The notes below the pieces were generated by a model. That model was given only the letters and a program-made list of their open reading frames with translations. It had not been told where the DNA came from and did no database searches. A DNA stretch of 64,000 nucleotides from Mustelus asterias. Its lineage: Eukaryota. A program made the position numbers and the translations under genes. This document shows, one piece after another, positions 61,323 through 64,000 of this stretch (position 1 is the stretch's first letter; every line of letters starts with the position of its first letter). The stretch is from the NCBI RefSeq assembly GCF_964213995.1, contig NC_135830.1, positions 19,158,001 to 19,222,000 of the forward strand, read 5' to 3'.

Positions 61323-61736
61323 AGAGTCAGCGCGCAGTAATAGGTGGCTGTATCAGAGAGCCGCAGATTGGAGCCGAACTGTCCAGCCCAGAGGAGAAAC
61401 GGCTTGCAGCAAAATCCGCTTAAATTTCGAAACCAGCCGAAAATCTGCGAATTAGCATTTGTGGCACTCTCCCAGGGAATTGCCGGACCCTGAATAAACT
61501 AAAGGAACTTTCTGTCGTGAAGTAGATGCAGTTTAAAGTTGTAATGCTTCCTTCTGTCCTAATCACTGTTGGGCGGCGTTGAATAACAGAGAATTCCTGG
61601 ATGAAATGGAAAACAAAGTCAAACATGAAACCGTTATGACATATTAAGTGCTATTCACTTTTAGTTCAGAATTGCACCCAAAATAATTACCTGTAATAAA
61701 TGCTCCAAACAGGGCACAGATACCGAATAACCGCAT
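61323..61736 (-). pseudogene. T-cell receptor alpha/delta-type V pseudogene (leader exon and V exon)
   Basis: Leader MRLFGICALFGAFIT-G|GTAATT (61736-61691). V exon SVIQ..EGSITTLNCIY..LF(R)VRQFPG..*ADFAASRFS..[deletion]..SNLRLSDTATYYCALT. Trp41 is lost, and there is a TAA at 61422-61420 and a frameshifting deletion in FR3. Confidence 0.88.
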
Positions 61737-61763
61737 TGCTGTTTGTCTTTACGTGTATTACCA

Positions 61764-61849
61764 AATATAAACCTGTTGGACTTTAACCTGGTGTTGTGAG
61801 ACTTCTTACTGTGCCCACCCCAGTCCAACGCCGGCATCTCCACATCATG
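61764..61849 (+). mobile_element. PLE pseudo-LTR terminal fragment
   Basis: 16-bp TSD TTTACGTGTATT(A/G)CCA (61748-61763, 61850-61865) and the PLE terminal sequence. Confidence 0.82.
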
Positions 61850-63618
61850 TTTACGTGTATTGCCAGACACTGGCAATGCGTGACCGCTGGTTCTACCCAT
61901 ACTGAGGCTCGGTGTCTCTTTCTCCTGTCCTCGCTCATGTGTCCTGACATTCAGCGTTTGGCGTAGGGCACAGTCGCCAGTCTGCTGACCATCAGGGTAT
62001 AACTGATCCAATCGCACAAACTTCAAAGTTTGACATTTCAAATTTGATATTCAGAAGGAAGTAACATTTATCATTCAATGGCATCAATGTACAATGCCGC
62101 GATTCACTACTGAGTGTGTGTGAACGCACAGTATTCGCTGACACTGCTGAAAATTCTGATTACTTTAATTTAAATGCAATATATTGAAGTTTACTAATGT
62201 CGTATGTATGATATAGCGAACACAGAATGTGATACAAATTGATAACTTGCAGGGAATACATTATAAATAGTTGATCTTTGATCAATGTTTAGTTCATGCA
62301 GTATTTTTAAATCCCGGATTAATTTTACACAAAATAAAAGGGATTTATAAATTAGCCGCTTCGCTTATGGACAATTCTGCTAAATTATCAGTTAGCACTT
62401 GTTCAGCAGATTTTTTTTTAACCTGACATCCTCGCTGTGACATAACCTGCAAAATCATTCGTTCAATGAATGAAATGCTCACTCTGTCACTTTTACCCGA
62501 ATGAAGATCCCTTGAGAAAAAAAATGCACCGTTGTCAGTTTAACCGTCAACGTTATTATAAAGCCACCTCGGGAGGTGGAGCTTCTCACTGCTGCTCCAG
62601 CCTAAAATTGGCAGTTGCTGTCCAAGCTACCTCAGGCAGGTGCAGGTGCACATCCGGTTCTAACGGCAGTTTCTCATCGACATCTGACTCCTGATAGAAA
62701 CACTGACTGAATGTAAGGATGTGTAATTCTCTGCTGAAGATGATTCACAGAAAAATATTCCGCTGCTGTAGACGCTGCTAAGACCACGGGTTTCCTCTCC
62801 AAGTTCATCCTGATGACCAAATTATCGAATTCAATTTGAAGCAATTGAATAATAAAGTAGACTAATTAAGATCAGAACAGACAAGGGGAAATGTTTTGAT
62901 TGGGTATATGAAACACTGACACTTTAAGAGTAATTTCATGTAACATGAGCGTTGGAGACTAAGAAAAACCTTCAGCGAGAGATAGTGTTCATTATCAGCA
63001 GCAAATTCCTCAAATAAATCATTAAAAGTTTAGCCATTTTGGAGAATTGGAACCTGGAAGCAAATAAATTTCAGGACCATCAGTTATCCTAAAGCATGTT
63101 ACAGCCAATGTGGTACTTTTGCAATGCAGTCATTGTCGCACTGTCTAGAAAATAACATCCCTTTTAGAGGAGAGAGTGGACTAGTGAGAAGGTCACTCCG
63201 CTAATTAGTCAGATACCCACGTTAATTTTCTACACCATTTGATTCAATCCTAACATTGGAAAACGGTCAACGTTAAATTCACAAAGTCTGCGGTTGAAAA
63301 TTAATATCAGCAATGGTGATCTTGAATTTTCATCGTTTGCCACGAAGGATGAACATGTTTAGCAATGTTCTTCAGGGCGTCAGGGGAGGTCATCGCCATC
63401 TTTACCTAACCTGACCGACATGCAAGTCCAGATTGACTCTTAAGTGCTCTGTCAACCCAATAGCAAGTCATTTACTTTTAGGACAATTAGGGATCCATAG
63501 AAGTCATGCGATCCCTGCAGTGCAGAAGCTGGTCATTTGGCCTATCTGCACACATTCACCGAAAGAGCGTGTTAACAGATCCACCACGCGGTAATGTCAC
63601 ACACCACCTGGAACTGTG

Positions 63619-63657
63619 AGTTTTTGTATGAGTGTTAGGGCTCTATGTAACGTGGTG
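63619..63657 (-). promoter_or_regulatory. 23-RSS of the intact V segment
   Basis: CACCACG (63657-63651), 23-nt spacer, ACAAAAACT (63627-63619). Confidence 0.85.
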
Positions 63658-63965
63658 CTTCATCGCCGCGCAGTAATACACGGCTGAGTCAGAAAGCTGA
63701 GTGTCTGTGATGTTCAAGGGGATGTTTGTGTTCTTTCTGTCCTGTTCGGCAGAAAACCTCTTTGCAAATGCCGGCGCGTTCTCTTCATTCCCACCAGTGT
63801 GTCTGTGCAGCATGTACTGAACGCCCCGTCCCGGGTACTGTACGTACCAGTATAGGTAAGCTACTGTGTATGTGGCGTGGTAGTGACAGGACAACACCAC
63901 GCTTTCCCCTTCACTTACTGCTACTACTGGGGGCTTTTGGGAAAGTTCATCCGGCTGGCTCTGCG
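63658..63965 (-). CDS. T-cell receptor alpha/delta-type V exon, apparently functional; leader exon outside the window
   Basis: Acceptor TTTTTCCAG| at 63966. Open frame QSQPDELSQKPP..EGESVVLSCHY..YLYWYVQYPG..RFSAE..LNITDTQLSDSAVYYCAAMK with Cys23, Trp41 and Cys104, followed by the RSS. Confidence 0.92.
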
Positions 63966-64000
63966 CTGGAAAAAGTAACAGAATGTTACAAACATAACTT

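Noticed and set aside
63658-63965. NAR-TCR supporting V or IgNAR/IgH V identity
   Set aside because: Only the two canonical cysteines are present, and the FR2/CDR2 length and WYVQYPG motif are TCR alpha/delta-like.

Overview
Repeat-dense vertebrate DNA, very probably from a shark: it carries HE1-type V-SINEs, HER1/CR1-type LINEs and a chondrichthyan-style GPR139/142-like receptor. There are two assembly gaps (5588-5787, 30161-30306). Most of the window is nested retroelements: many CR1 LINEs (one full-length copy with a target-site duplication, TSD, at 8510-13050, whose 5'UTR is built from 184-bp monomers), about ten V-SINEs, a solo LTR, a decayed GalEa-type Ty1/Copia element and Rex1/Babar tails. 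Penelope-like elements (PLEs) and their short derivatives carry minimal type I hammerhead ribozyme motifs: four with an intact core, plus one with a U3-A8 covariant core. Host features are an intact two-exon class A GPCR (23573-31568, +), a decayed cluster of eight tRNA pseudogenes (5 Gln-type, 2 Glu, 1 Leu; 51732-59762), and two minus-strand T-cell receptor alpha/delta-type V segments, each with a 23-bp-spacer recombination signal sequence (RSS). One V exon is intact (63658-63965) and the other is a pseudogene that the ORF track only partly shows (61323-61736). I recognised no D, J or C segment in the ~61 kb the RSSs point into. All calls are by eye, and the boundaries of old repeats are approximate.
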